Source of the DNA: Octopus vulgaris
Lineage: Eukaryota
DNA: 64,000 bases
Reading direction: 5' to 3'
Assembly (NCBI GenBank): GCA_951406725.2
Contig: OX597830.1
Span: forward strand, 57,908,001 to 57,972,000
The position numbers and the translations under genes were made by a program. The first letter of the stretch is position 1. Each line of letters begins with the position of its first letter. The notes under the pieces were generated by a model, which did not search any database, was not told the origin of the DNA, and worked only from the letters and a program-made list of their open reading frames with translations. Of the stretch, positions 1-11,740 are shown piece by piece.

Positions 1-928
1 CTGGGTCACTTTGTGATCTTCCATATAACCTGTCCCTTTTCTTTCCCTTTTTCTGGTACAGTTTCCTGCTTGGTTTTATTTACAAACAGAAATGTTTGTT
101 TTGTCTTTCATTTGACTAATATATATTCACTTGGTACTTATTTTTCTGTTGGATTTTTAATGATTTCACAGTTTGTGTTTTTTATTAACATTTGTTGTTT
201 TAGATTCAGTGGCTTAGTTATTAGGGAACTGATTCTAAAATTGTAATTTTTTGCCCTTTTCATTTACACAGTATTGTACACTATGACCCTACTAAACCCT
301 GTTGTCTTGGCTGGAAATATGCACTTTATCCATAAGCTTAATCTTAGCGAATTTGGTGTTAAGACTACTGGCTACAGATATATAGATCTCTGAAACTATC
401 TCTTCCATTTTTACACAGAAAATAACTAAGATCCTTAAATATTTTTCCCCCTAGAAACAAGAATTTTTTTTCTTTTAATAAGTGTACATATATTAATCTT
501 GAGAAATTAAAGATAAAGTTGTTCCAGTGAGATTTGAACTGTGCGCTTTGCTTTAAAATGTCAGCTCACCCCTCCATTTTAAAATATAGCTAGTGTTATT
601 CACAAAGAATTTATTCTACTTTAAGAAGGATGGTTGAATTTTATAAATTTGCTTTCACTTGAAATATATTTTTATAAGTTAGTCAAAGGCGGAGGGGGCA
701 GTCTTCAATACTTTTGGAAGTCTTCTCAGAGACTGATGTGGTTGATGTTCAGCGTGAATATCTGTAGCATAGTGTCTCAGACAGTAAACTGGTAGAATTG
801 GTATTGTACCAGATTGAAAGCTTTATGGCCTTTGACTTTCTGCAGTTCAAATCCTGCTACAGTTAACTTTGCCTTTTCATTATTACAGAGCATGGAAAAC
901 AGAAATTAATAAATTATTATGATAATAA

Positions 929-993
<65 letters not shown>

Positions 994-1004
994 CACACAC
1001 AATA

Positions 1005-1322
1005 CCCTCGTCGCCTTACTGGCACTTGAAAAAACATTCAAGCGAGGTTGTTGCTAGTGCCGCTGGACTGGCTCCTGTGCAGGTGGCACGTAAAAAGCAC
1101 CATTTGAGCGTGGCTGTTGCCAGTACCACCTGACTGGCCCTCATGCTGGTGGCATGTAAAAGCACCCACTGCACTCTCAGTGGTTGGCATTAGGAAAGGC
1201 ATCCAGCTGTAGAAACATTGCTAGATCAGATTGAAGCCTGGTGCAACCATCTGGTTCACCAGTCCTCAGTCAAATTGTCCAACCCATGCTAGCATGGAAA
1301 GCAGACGTTAAACGATGATGAT
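1005..1322 (+). mobile_element. RTE LINE 3' UTR fragment (5'-truncated)
   Basis: GGTGGCAYGTAAAAAGCACC units followed by ...CCAACCCATGCTAGCATGGAAAGCAGACGTTAAAC and a (GAT)n tail, the same terminus as the RTE copies ending at 38889 and 55645. Confidence 0.85.
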
Positions 1323-1326
1323 ACAA

Positions 1327-1482
1327 CAGGTTTCTTTCAGTTTCTATCTACCAAATCCACTCACAAGGCTTTGGTCAGCCCGAAGCTATAGTGGAAGACA
1401 CTTGCCCAAGGTGCCACGCAGTAGGACTGAACATCAAACCATGTGGCTGGAAAGCAAGCTTTTTACAAGACAGCCATGCCTG
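1327..1482 (-). mobile_element. tRNA-headed CORE-type SINE (Octopus OR-like)
   Basis: Reverse complement of CACCTTGGGCAAGTGTCTTC...GTGAGTGGATTTGGTAGA..GAAACTGAAAGAA, a repeat present many times in the window. Confidence 0.8.
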
Positions 1483-1567
1483 TGCCTATATAAGAAAATT
1501 GTTAGAATATTTAGTGCATTATAGGAGTAAAACCTGTTTATTGTAGATAAATTTTAACAAAATATTT

Positions 1568-2092
1568 GGCAAGACTTCTGCCCATTTCCCCCAAAAATCC
1601 ACCTTTTTTTTCTTTTACATTTTTTTAAACCCCCCCCCATTTCGGCTACAGGGAATACAAATCTGCAAAAATTGGCATTTTAAAATTACCACCCCCATTT
1701 CCTTCATTTTTTGCTTTTTTCAGAAATTTTTTTTTTTCAAAATATGTGGAAAAATATGGAGATTATGATTCTGACAAAAATTTCCAAAAATCTTTGTAAA
1801 AAATTTTTTTAAGAATTTTTTTTTTTTCTAAATACACTGAAAAATAGACATTACGATTCTGACAAAAATTTAAAGCATTTTTGTAGTTATGGTTATGGTT
1901 TTAGGGTTAGGGTTAGTCTTGGGGGGAAAAAGCCAAAATTTAAGAATTTGGTCGGGAGGAAATTTCACAATGCCGATTTTTGGCAATTTTCCGGAACCTC
2001 CGTATCTGAAAACGGGGGTTTTTGGAAAAAAATAATTTTTTAAATAAACAAATTTGGGAGAAAATGGGTGGGGGACGGGCGGAAGTCTTTCC
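1568..2092. mobile_element. Foldback MITE with long imperfect TIRs and 8-bp TSD AAATATTT
   Basis: GGCAAGACTTCTGCCC at the left end and GGGCGGAAGTCTTTCC at the right, with the inverted match extending over 100 bp. AAATATTT occurs at 1560-1567 and 2093-2100. Confidence 0.8.
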
Positions 2093-3479
2093 AAATATTT
2101 ATATGAACCCTGAAGGGTCATCTGAACCTCCAAGGCTCATATGGACCTCTGTTGAGAAACATTGGCCTAAGGGAAGACTTTATGATGCCTGTGACACAAA
2201 ACGGTGACATGGCACTTGTGTCCTTCCTTTTATTATGATTTGACGATGTTTGAGCCTCTAATTCATTGAGGCTTCCTCATTTACCAAGAATCTGTGATTG
2301 AACTAGTTGAAGCAATGTCTATGGATGCATTAGAAGAGGGAAGAAGCAAGGCAGCAACTTTAATTTGGCCAACTCTCAACAGCAAACAACTTGATCCCAT
2401 TTTGTGACTGGATGTGACTCAGTGTGGAGTTTTAGAAATTTGCGGGTTTTTATTATTGTAGAAGCATATTTCCATTAGATGATTGATTTTGTGGCCAGCA
2501 TGTCCTAATCAAGAATTGATTTTCTAAAAGAGAACTGGACTTCAGCAACATGATATTGTTCTTATTTCTTGTGTATTTTCTAAGTGGGAAACTTGTGTAT
2601 GTTGTGTGCTTTTTTGTTTTTCTTTTTGTTTTTTTTTTAGGTGGGGGTGGTGGGAGGATGGGGATAAAACCAAATCTCATTTAGAGAGAGAAAATGGATT
2701 ATTTTAACATTGACCTTTCCATACTTGTATGGGTCAGATGGAACTTGTTGAGGTGAATTTTCTACAGCTGGATGCCCTTACTGTTGCCAACCCTTACCTG
2801 TTCCTTTGATCACATGTGTTTTCCTAGGAAACTGGAATTAGACACTTCTTGCATGACAATAACTCCTACAACTCTCACCTGAGAACAAAGGGACACACAC
2901 ACACACACAGATAAAGGTAGCTAGTGAGATCTATGTTTATATGAAGTTATACATTATGAAGTATGAATTAGCAGAAAGTAATGTAAATTGTTGAAGCAAT
3001 GGAATATGGTTTATGCCAAAGCGATGAAAACTTGTTTCAAGTGAGTTCTCTTGACAAAAAGAGTTCTCTTTTTGTTTCTCCCTCCTCTCTCCCTCCTCTC
3101 TCCCTCTTCATTTGTGTCTTTGTTGCTTACTGTCTGTTCCTTTGCTTTCTCCTCTCTCTCTCTGAGCCTGTAGAACAAATTCAATGTTATTATACCATTG
3201 AAATATGTGCAGTGTAGAGGAATTGCTTGTTAAAAAGAAAAATCCGTCTTAAAACCTTGAAGATTTGATTTTCAAAGAGTGGAACCAATTGCCAAATTTG
3301 CATAAGCAGCTTCATACAGACATAGACTTACATGTGTTTTTTATACCTACACATGCACACACATGCATGATTGCACATTAATGCAGATGCATTACTCACC
3401 TGTACATATCTACACGGGAACAGAGGCATATTTATGCATACAGACTAAATTGTGCACCAAAGCAAATTTCTTATTATTG

Positions 3480-3940
3480 AGGCAACAAGCCTGGCAGAAT
3501 TAAAAGTATGCCAGACAAAGTGCTTGGTGGTATTTCATCTGTATGTTCTGAGTTCAAATTCCACCAGGGCCAACCTTGCCTTTCATTCTATCAGGGTTGA
3601 TGAAATAAATACCCAGCTATACAGTGGTGGGGTCCATGTAATTGATTTCCCCCACCAAAAGAATACTTTCAGGCCTTGTGCCCGTAATAGAAAAGATGAT
3701 TATTATTATTTTCATTATTATTATTATTAAAGTGGTGAGCTGACAGAATCCTTAGCCGACCAGACAAAACTGCTTAGCAGCGGTTTGTCTGTCTTTATAT
3801 TCTGAGTTCAAATTTGGCCTGGGTTGATTTTAGCCTTTCATTTTTTCAGGATTAATCAAATAAGTGCCAGTCAAGTACTGGGGGTCAGCTAGCCCTTTCC
3901 CCACCAAATTTCATGCCTTCTATCTATAATAGAAAGAATT
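3480..3940 (+). mobile_element. Two tandem tRNA-headed SINEs (Meta-domain-like)
   Basis: Each has CTGGCAGAA (A box-like), GAGTTCAAAT (B box) and a GCCTTTCATyCT..GGG.TGAT.AAATAAGTACCAG-like core. They are separated by an (ATT)n tail. Confidence 0.75.
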
Positions 3941-3984
3941 CGTATAGATATTCTCACTCAATTTTTTTTTTTGTTTGTTTTCAG

Positions 3985-4122
3985 AAAAAATGGCAGAATC
4001 CTATTGAATGTTTGTCGTTGACATTGGATGAAGTCATGCATATCCGACAGGTGTTGACCAAAGCAGAGTTAGAATCACTTCTTGCACAGCCTCAGCTTTA
4101 TGACTTGGTTTCTCGTGGAAAG
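3985..4122 (+). CDS. spir: Spire homolog, internal exon (Spir-box region)
   Basis: Polypyrimidine tract plus TTTCAG acceptor ending at 3984 and AAG|GTAAAT donor. The 138 nt, phase-0 exon encodes KKWQNPIECLSLTLDEVMHIRQVLTKAELESLLAQPQLYDLVSRGK, which matches the Spire Spir-box pattern (LTLxEVMHIRxVLxKAELE). Upstream exons were not found in the window. Confidence 0.92.
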
Positions 4123-4617
4123 GTAAATATTTTGTGCACATTGCACAGTTCTAGCTATTCGTCCGCAGCTGTCGCTTAAAAGAGACAATTACAAGAGACA
4201 ATTATAAAAGAGACACCAACAGAATAAAGCATTGAAAACCGCAAGTTTCCTCATTCCTCTCTTGCCTTATATTTCGTATCATTTGGTTTCATTTCATATA
4301 TAAACCTCTTTAAATAAACCTCTGATCCCAGGTTCCTATAAATTTTGAGCTTTGTAGAGAGCAAGTGTTTAATGTTGGATTTTGTGGATCAAAAAAGGGA
4401 AATCTAACCTTTGGGATGTAGTTTTAGCAATGTGTAGGTGCCATAGTGAGCATATTATGATTCAGGGATCTGAAAGGAATTTTCTTAAACGATATAACAT
4501 TTCTGCTATTGAACTCTTCCTGCTAATGTCTTTGATGACCATATCCTTTCTAGGTTTGACAATATCAAGAATTCAGTTATTTTTCACTCCTCCAATTTTC
4601 TTGACTGACTCAATTTA

Positions 4618-4648
<31 letters not shown>

Positions 4649-5399
4649 TCACCAGAGAACTAAAGTTCCTTTTCTTTTTTCATTTTATTACTTAGAGACT
4701 ACTTAAATTTGTCTGAATTGTAAATTTATTTCTATTAGATTGTTATCTTAAATTTGCAATAAAAATACAAGAATTGTCCTACTTTACCATTTTGTAACCT
4801 TTCTGAAAATTTATTCAACATTACAGACTGAAATCATAAGTTTTCTTGGTATGTTTCATTGTTACTGGCCCATGGATACCAATTGTCTATCTTGATCTTA
4901 AAGCCTTTGATACCAACCTGCCTGAGTCTACTCTGCTTCTTTGATACAATTTTCCTATTTTAAAGTGGTTTAATTTAGAACTTTCCATCAAAATTTCATG
5001 TTAATTTTACATTCCAAGCATCAACCCATTTTCAAAACTAACTGAAACAAAACCAGTATGTGCTAACAAAAGGTTGAAGCGAAATGTTATTGAACGTATT
5101 TAATTCTATTTTTATTCTGCTCATTTAACATATATTTATATCTGAAAAACAGATGCCTCTGAATATACTTTATTTTCAACTTACACGAAAATGGCATTAG
5201 ATGGTTTGGCCAGTTTGGGATTCATTCATATAAAGCTGCTCTTTAACTAATCCCTGTCATTAATGTCCTCCACCAACTCTTATGAAATATTTTAGTCCTT
5301 CATCTTGTTGATGATATCAATTTTCTTTTATTTGAAAAAAATGTTGAAGTTGATTCAGCTAAGAACTTCCGTTGAAGCTGTTTTATTCCTATCTTCTTT

Positions 5400-5631
5400 G
5401 CAGTCAGTCATTGCAACTCTGACCGTTCATCGTTATGACATGACTTGATAAGCTTCCTCTGTGCTGGTCAGTTTTTGGCTGGAGTTTGCCATTTATTATG
5501 ACCAATTCCTTTTTGCAGTATCTTTGATTCTCAGTCTAAGTCTTCCATGGTTTCTTTTCCCCTTGCATAGTTGGAAATAAAGGATTTGTCTGGGGAGTCT
5601 GTTGTTGTCCATCTTGTGTATGTGTCCCAAC
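5400..5631 (-). mobile_element. Old BovB/RTE-type LINE C-terminal remnant, downstream part; upstream part at 7554-7700
   Basis: The minus strand reads WLGHIHKMDNNRLPRQILYFQLCKGKRNHGRLRLRIKD. It continues NKIRNKEILWCHGPPPMMEILMDRNLYWL, which is read at 7700-7554. Confidence 0.75.
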
Positions 5632-7553
5632 CAGTGGCGGCTTCTCTATAAACCCTGCGCAACTGCAGCACTCCCTATTTCTGCTCGATATTATCGTTAA
5701 CATTCAATATAATGAGTCTTTTTCTCCTTTAATTCTTTCTTTATACTTGTACATTATATAACTCTGTGCCACACAAAAGACTTATGGTGAAGCTTTCTGC
5801 GTTGGGCGTAAGAGACGAACTCTATAACTGGTTGAAGTCCTTTATTTTTGGCCAAAAAGAGGTTGTCACAGTTCTAGGACAGCACTCTTCACCCTATGAG
5901 ATGACATCTGGTGTACCACAGGGATATGTTCTTGGCCCCCTTTTATGTGTTGCATATGTTAATGACATAGATGCCAACTTAAAGAATGCCACAGTGCTGA
6001 AATATGCAGATGACATCAAGCTGTGCCTCGAAATAAAGAGGTCAGATCCTGTACACTATAGATCTCTATTGCAAGCAGACCTGGACACAATGCAGCAGTG
6101 GATCATGGACTGGCAACTCAAGCTGGCTGTGGACAAATGTACCACCATGCATTTTGGGAGGAGAAACACAGCGTCCACCTACTCCCTCCACAACACTAAT
6201 CTCAAAAAGTCTTCATGTGAACGTGACCTGGGTGTTATTGTCGACAGTGATTTGTGTTGGACAAAACACATCGCTAAAATTGTCAAGAAGGCTGAGGGTG
6301 TCTTGGCATCACTCACCAAATCCTTTGTGAGCCGCTCTCCGGCTATCTATCTGCGGCTTTATATAGCTATGGTAAGACCTCACCTGGAATTTGCATCACC
6401 GGTCTGGAACCCCTATCTTGCCCAGGATATCAATCATCTGGAAGCTGTTCAGCGATGTGCAACCAAAAGAATACCCTCCATTAGGCATTTGCCATATTCT
6501 GAACGCCTTACTTCCCTGGACATGGACACATTGAAACTCCGACGTCTGACAGCTGACTTGGCAGACACCCATAAAATTATTAACCATCTTACAAACAATA
6601 ACTCTGAGCACCTTTTCACACTCCATTTGTCTAACACCCGTGGACATGTTTACAAAGTCAGAAAACAGCACAGCTCCCATGACTTTCGGAAACATTTTTT
6701 CACACTAAGAGTTGCTGAAGCATGGAACAAACTGCCGGCATCAGTTGTTAGTTGTCGGAGCACTGCATCCTTCAAAACTTCCATGCTTCCTGAGATTCGC
6801 CAACACTACACCTGATTTTCTCCCCTCCATACACACACACAAGCATGTATCTGACTCATACATTGTTCACTTTCCAGACATTTGTACATTACTGCATGTA
6901 TTTTATATGCACTTTCTGACAAGTTGTGCTGCACCTGAGCACTGTATACAATAATTTCATTATTATTATTATAATTCTTAAGCTTAATGTCAGTAGCCAT
7001 CCCTTAGTTTATGAAAAAAACACAAAAATCCTTGTACAGAACTGTGCGCTTCAGTCCCAGCAGCACGGTGTTTGGCTGTTGTGCACATGCTCACGTGTCA
7101 GAGATAGGAAGCTTTACAAAAGAGAGAGAGAGAGAGAGAGAGAGCACTGTGGTTGACACAGTGCTGACTCTGGTGTTCTGGTGGAAGGTAGTTTTTCTTT
7201 TTGACTCTGTGTGTGTGTTGTACTTAAAAACGTGTTTATATTCTTGAATGTGATAAAGTGTAGAATTTGATTATTTTCCTGCTTCAGTGTTGCTGCCAGG
7301 ATTTGAAAAATAGGGCAGATTACCTCCCCCCTCCTTTGTGATTTAGGGGGGATTTTTGAAAAACAGTGGGGAATTCATGACGGTTTTCAGTGAATAAATT
7401 AAACACACTCCCTGGCAGTGGCTAAAATGCAAACTGATCGAGTTTGTGTATAAATTTTTTTTGTATGTTTCTTCCCTTTTACACAATATTAAAACAGTGG
7501 CTAAAATTTTCGGAAGCAGCACCCACACTAATTTTATCTACAAGCCACCACTG
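5632..7553. mobile_element. Non-autonomous hAT-like DNA transposon hosting a CR1 insertion
   Basis: TIRs are CAGTGGCGGCTTCTCTATAAA and, reverse-complemented, CAGTGGTGGCTTGTAGATAAA. The degenerate 8-bp TSD is GTCCCAAC (5624-5631) / GTTGCAAC (7554-7561). The element splits the RTE remnant exactly. Confidence 0.75.
5761..6972 (+). mobile_element. 5'-truncated CR1/L2-group LINE: RT C-terminal half (ORF 5766-6815), 3' UTR and (ATT)n tail
   Basis: Motifs SGVPQGxVLGPLL, YADD, ERDLGV, RPHLEFASPVWNPY and FFTLRVAEAWNKLP in 349 open codons. Confidence 0.92.
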
Positions 7554-7788
7554 GTTGCAACCAATATAAATTCCTATCCATGAGGATTTCCATCATAGGA
7601 GGTGGACCATGACACCATAAGATCTCTTTATTCCTGATCTTGTTAAAGAAAATGACATAATTTATTGCAGCTCTCTCATCATATATGCCTGTAACTTGTC
7701 CACTCAAACTTTCAAATGTTTTGATTACCATGTACAAGTGAATACATACTATTCGATAATAAATGTTTATATTTCTATTGTTTTCCAG

Positions 7789-7890
7789 GTGTGCTTCTCT
7801 TGTAAATCTGTGAAATTTAGTCTGTTCAGCCAATGGGGAAATAATTGCCAGTTCTGCAAGAGGGTTGTCTGCAATAAATGTATTCGCAAG
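7789..7890 (+). CDS. spir: Spire homolog, internal exon (first six Cys of the modified FYVE zinc finger)
   Basis: TTCCAG acceptor and AAG|GTTAGA donor. The 102 nt exon is in phase with the previous one and encodes VCFSCKSVKFSLFSQWGNNCQFCKRVVCNKCIRK. Confidence 0.92.
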
Positions 7891-8748
7891 GTTAGACTTA
7901 CTATTTACTATCAACTAGCATATGTTAATCACACAGATTTATGGATGCTAGTCTTGCTGGTGATGGCAACAAGCATATTTGATGTTCATGTTTTTCTCAA
8001 GAGTATTATAGGATTTGCAATTCCTATCATTAGCATTTAAAAACAAACCAAACCTAGACTTGAACTCTGACAATTTATACTACAAAATAGTTTTGCTATG
8101 CTTCTAGATTTTTGGGAAAACATTCTTCAAACAACAATTTGGCATTCAATACCATTTTTCCTCTCACATCTACTTTTGTTATGTAGTACTGTGTTGGGTT
8201 GCATTGATGACTACAGTATCATATTTCATGTTGTACCTATTCTTCTCAGCTAAATGTCATAACCCACTAAGGTTTTAACTACTTTGTCTAGTGTCATTTT
8301 GGGCCTCGCCATTTTCTGCTTTCACTGTACATGATCCAGTCATTTAAAATCAAATGAAAATGTGGAATAAGTCAAAATTTTTATTTTAAATGCTAATCAA
8401 CAAAGAAGCTGTTAACCTGATTGCTACAATTGTAATAATGGGTTTCAGAGATGGTAATTTGATGCCAAATGTTTTTGAGTTCAAATAGCTACTAAATATC
8501 TTATGGCCACTTGTTAAATGTTTCCTCTTTTAAAATGGTTGATGCAAACCATTTAAGCTTTAGATTGTAGCTGTATTATTTTGATAAAATTTTTTTCTGT
8601 CTTGTGATCTTTCTGAAAATTAGTTACACCGGACAATGTGGATTAGGTTCCTCTTTGGTGTCATTCTGCTACTTTTCCATCTTACTCTCTCAAGAAGCAC
8701 AGGATAATAACCTAATCATTTCGTTGTATTATTTCAATTGTAACACAG

Positions 8749-8855
8749 ATGCACGTTCCTGCAGAACATTTCAACAGAATTCCAGTCTACACCCTAAGTC
8801 CTTCTCCACCAATCTCTCCAATTGAAAACAACCAAACAATGAATATTTTTACAAG
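8749..8855 (+). CDS. spir: Spire homolog, internal exon (loop inside the FYVE-like domain)
   Basis: ACACAG acceptor and AG|GTAATT donor. The 107 nt exon encodes MHVPAEHFNRIPVYTLSPSPPISPIENNQTMNIFT plus 2 nt. The MxxPxxHFxxIPVYxLSP pattern is Spire-like, and phase 2 joins the next exon in frame. Confidence 0.88.
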
Positions 8856-9369
8856 GTAATTCAAAAAAAAAAACCAAAACGTTTTTAGTCACATAAATCT
8901 TTTGCAATACTTAAGCTTGTAAATTTGTTTCCTTATTATAAGTTTATCGTTTTGGGAGTATTTAACTTTGAAATTTATGTGCATTAAAGTCTTTCGTATT
9001 TATAAAATACATAAAGCACACATTTTAATAATAAACTATCTTGTTACAATTTCATTCACACACACACACACACACACAGGGGAGATAACCACTCAATTTG
9101 CTTTTCTCCCTTTGTACATAGATATATATTGATATATATTCGTTGTAATTCAACATCCACTTTTCCAAGCTTGTATGGGTTGGACAGAGATTACCGAATC
9201 AGATTTTCTGTGGCCAGAGGCCCTTCCTGATGCCAACTCTTACATGTTTCCAAGCAAAGAAGTATTTCACCCTTGGTCGGACATGTTATTGCAGGAAATG
9301 GAAGTAAACGACACTGCTTGTATGGCAGCAAAGAGAAAATAATACTCTCTCTTGTATACATATGTATAT

Positions 9370-9730
9370 ACGATGGGCTTCTTTCAGTTTCTGTCTACCA
9401 AATCCACTCAGTTCTTTGATCAGCCTGAAGCTATGGTCGAAGACACTTGTGCAAGGTGCCAAGCAGTAGGATTGAACTCGGAACCATGTGGTTAGGAAGT
9501 AAACTTCTTGCCACACATCTACACTTGCACCTATCCATACATGTGTGTGAGGGAGAAAGAGCCCTGGGCCAACCAATTCCTTACAAGCGAATTTGGTAGA
9601 TGGAATCCATGTGGAAGCCTGATGTATATGTGTGTGTGTGTGTGTGTGTGTGGTTGTGTTTGGCCATTCCACTGCTTAGCAACTGGTGTTGGTTTGTTTA
9701 TGTCCCCATCACTTAGCAGTTTAGGAGAGT
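9370..9730. mobile_element. Two oppositely oriented CORE-type SINE pieces in the last spire intron
   Basis: 9370-9530 is a minus copy. 9560-9730 is a plus-strand 3' part (ATTTGGTAGATGGAA..GAAGCC, (TG)n, GGTGTTGGTTTGTTTA). Confidence 0.7.
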
Positions 9731-10032
9731 TTTGGCTGTTATTTCTAGACAGTTGACTGATTGGTTTGTATGATTTTGTTATTCAGGAAAGTGTTTGTCC
9801 CTAGTTTTGATTAAAAAAACAGAAACTGTCTAATCTTTCACATAGTATCCTCTTCAGTTCAAGCGTTATAAGCATTGTGTAGTTTTGGTTAAAAATTGAC
9901 TGAGAATATTCTGTGAAAAAAAAAAAGTTAAAAGTAGATTTGTTTTTAGATTTTTTTGTTTCAATAACAAAAAAATGTAAGATTTTCTTATCCCTTCATC
10001 TTAGCCTATTTTTCTTTCTTTCTTTTTCTCAG

Positions 10033-10312
10033 TACTGGAACCGGTTCCCTTTTGTCACCAAAAAAGAATGGCAAGTCCCCTAAACGACGACCTCTACAAC
10101 GGTCTCAGACCATATCGGATAAACTACTGGAATCCAAATCAAGAGTAATGAAAGGGTCTTTGATGAATGTTTGCTGTGACTGTAAGGAGATGGTTTGTGA
10201 AGTGATCCAAGCCAGTCGAGTGTCTCTGTCATTGGTGAAAAGAAGCCAAGAGCTTTCCGAGACGGAGCCAAAGAAAGCCTCTAAAGTCGGTTTTGTAACT
10301 GATTCCATGTAA
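10033..10312 (+). CDS. spir: Spire homolog, last coding exon (final CxxC and C-terminus)
   Basis: Long pyrimidine tract plus CTCAG acceptor. AG+T forms Ser, then TGTGSLLSPKKNGKSPKRRPLQRSQT...MNVCCDCKEMVCEVIQASR...VTDSM, with TAA ending at 10312. CxDC supplies the last Zn ligand pair. Confidence 0.88.
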
Positions 10313-11596
10313 AAGCAATATTCTTTTTAGATTGGTGGGGGTGGGGGAAAAAAAAAAGAAACTATCTGTGATGCTTAAACTATTAACTGACGTATGGCTT
10401 TATATTGCCATAACCTAACAAATAATGTTTGTGTTGATATACTTAATTGTTATTCTAGGTCCTGTTAGTTAGTACACTCTGCACTAATACTTTTGTATTC
10501 ATGCAGTTGTAATGTTTGTGTTATGACTGTTGTGATTATTTATTGAGATGTATTGCGGATATCTTAATATTATACAGAGAAGTAAATATTGTGGCTACTG
10601 TTAAATACATATTAGTGTTTATTGATGTCTTGCTATTATTATAGAGATATATATATAGGGAGAGAGAGAGGTCTATATAAATTATTAATACATTTTCTAG
10701 TTGTGCTATTTATTGGTTATTACACTTTATGCAGTATAAGGGATATATGCATCCATAATATGTGTGTGTGTGTAAATGAATGTATATTTAATGCCTACAG
10801 CTATTTCAGTGCCATCAGTTCGTGCTGATATCTAGGAACTGGGACACACGGATCTTCAGCAGACTCTATCATAGGTTTTGAAGAAAACAGATTTCCTTTT
10901 GCTTCATTGACTATCACAGTCCACTAAAGATCATGGTGTCTGAATTCTTGGATATTAGCTTGAATTCATGGTATGGAAGTCGCTAAAGGCAGTAAATACA
11001 TGTATATTCTATACTTTACAAACGTCTTCATGTCTGCATTATGGATCCTTTGGTATTTTTGTTTGAAAACAACAAAACAAAACAAAAGTAGCATTTAACT
11101 GTGTGGGTGTGTGTGTGTGTTTTGTGTGTAAATTGGTGCATCAAGTTAAAAATGTAGCTTGTGATCTACCAAAACATTCCAGCAAAGTCATAGTCTAATA
11201 AGTGAAACCATTAACTTTCTGGTTAGGTTTGTTTTACAACTGTGTGGTTTCATGTTCAATCTCAATGCACTGTACTTTAAGCAAGAGTTTTCTGTCAGAG
11301 CGACGGGGTTGAGCAATGCCTTGAGTAAAATTTGATGGAGACTGAGTGGAGTGTCTGTGTGTTTGTGTAAAAATCTTGTATTACACCTGTAAAAGGTAAC
11401 TAATTGTCTAACTATGAAGTACTCAGCTACTTTCATAGATAAACAACACACTAAGTTCTGGGCTGAATAGAATTGACTGAAATTCTCCATGTTTCCCAGC
11501 ATGGCTGCAGTCTCTTCACTGAAGACAGTAAAAAAAAAAGTCTATTAAATATAGTTAAGATATACATTTTTCCATCTTCATATAAAATTATGAAAT

Positions 11597-11740
11597 ATGT
11601 GTGTCTGTGTGTGTGTCTGTCTGTCTGTCTCTCTGTGTGTCTGTCTGTCTGTGTGTCTGTGTGTCTGTCTGTCTGTGTGTCTGTCTGTCTGTCTGTGTGT
11701 CTGTCTCTGTCTGTCTGTCTGTCTGTCTGTGTGTGTGTAC
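11597..11740. repeat. Compound (TCTG)n/(TG)n microsatellite
   Basis: Directly visible in the sequence. Confidence 0.95.

Noticed and set aside
1901-1916. Telomere or chromosome-healing site
   Set aside because: There are fewer than three perfect units, and they lie inside a TIR-bounded element.
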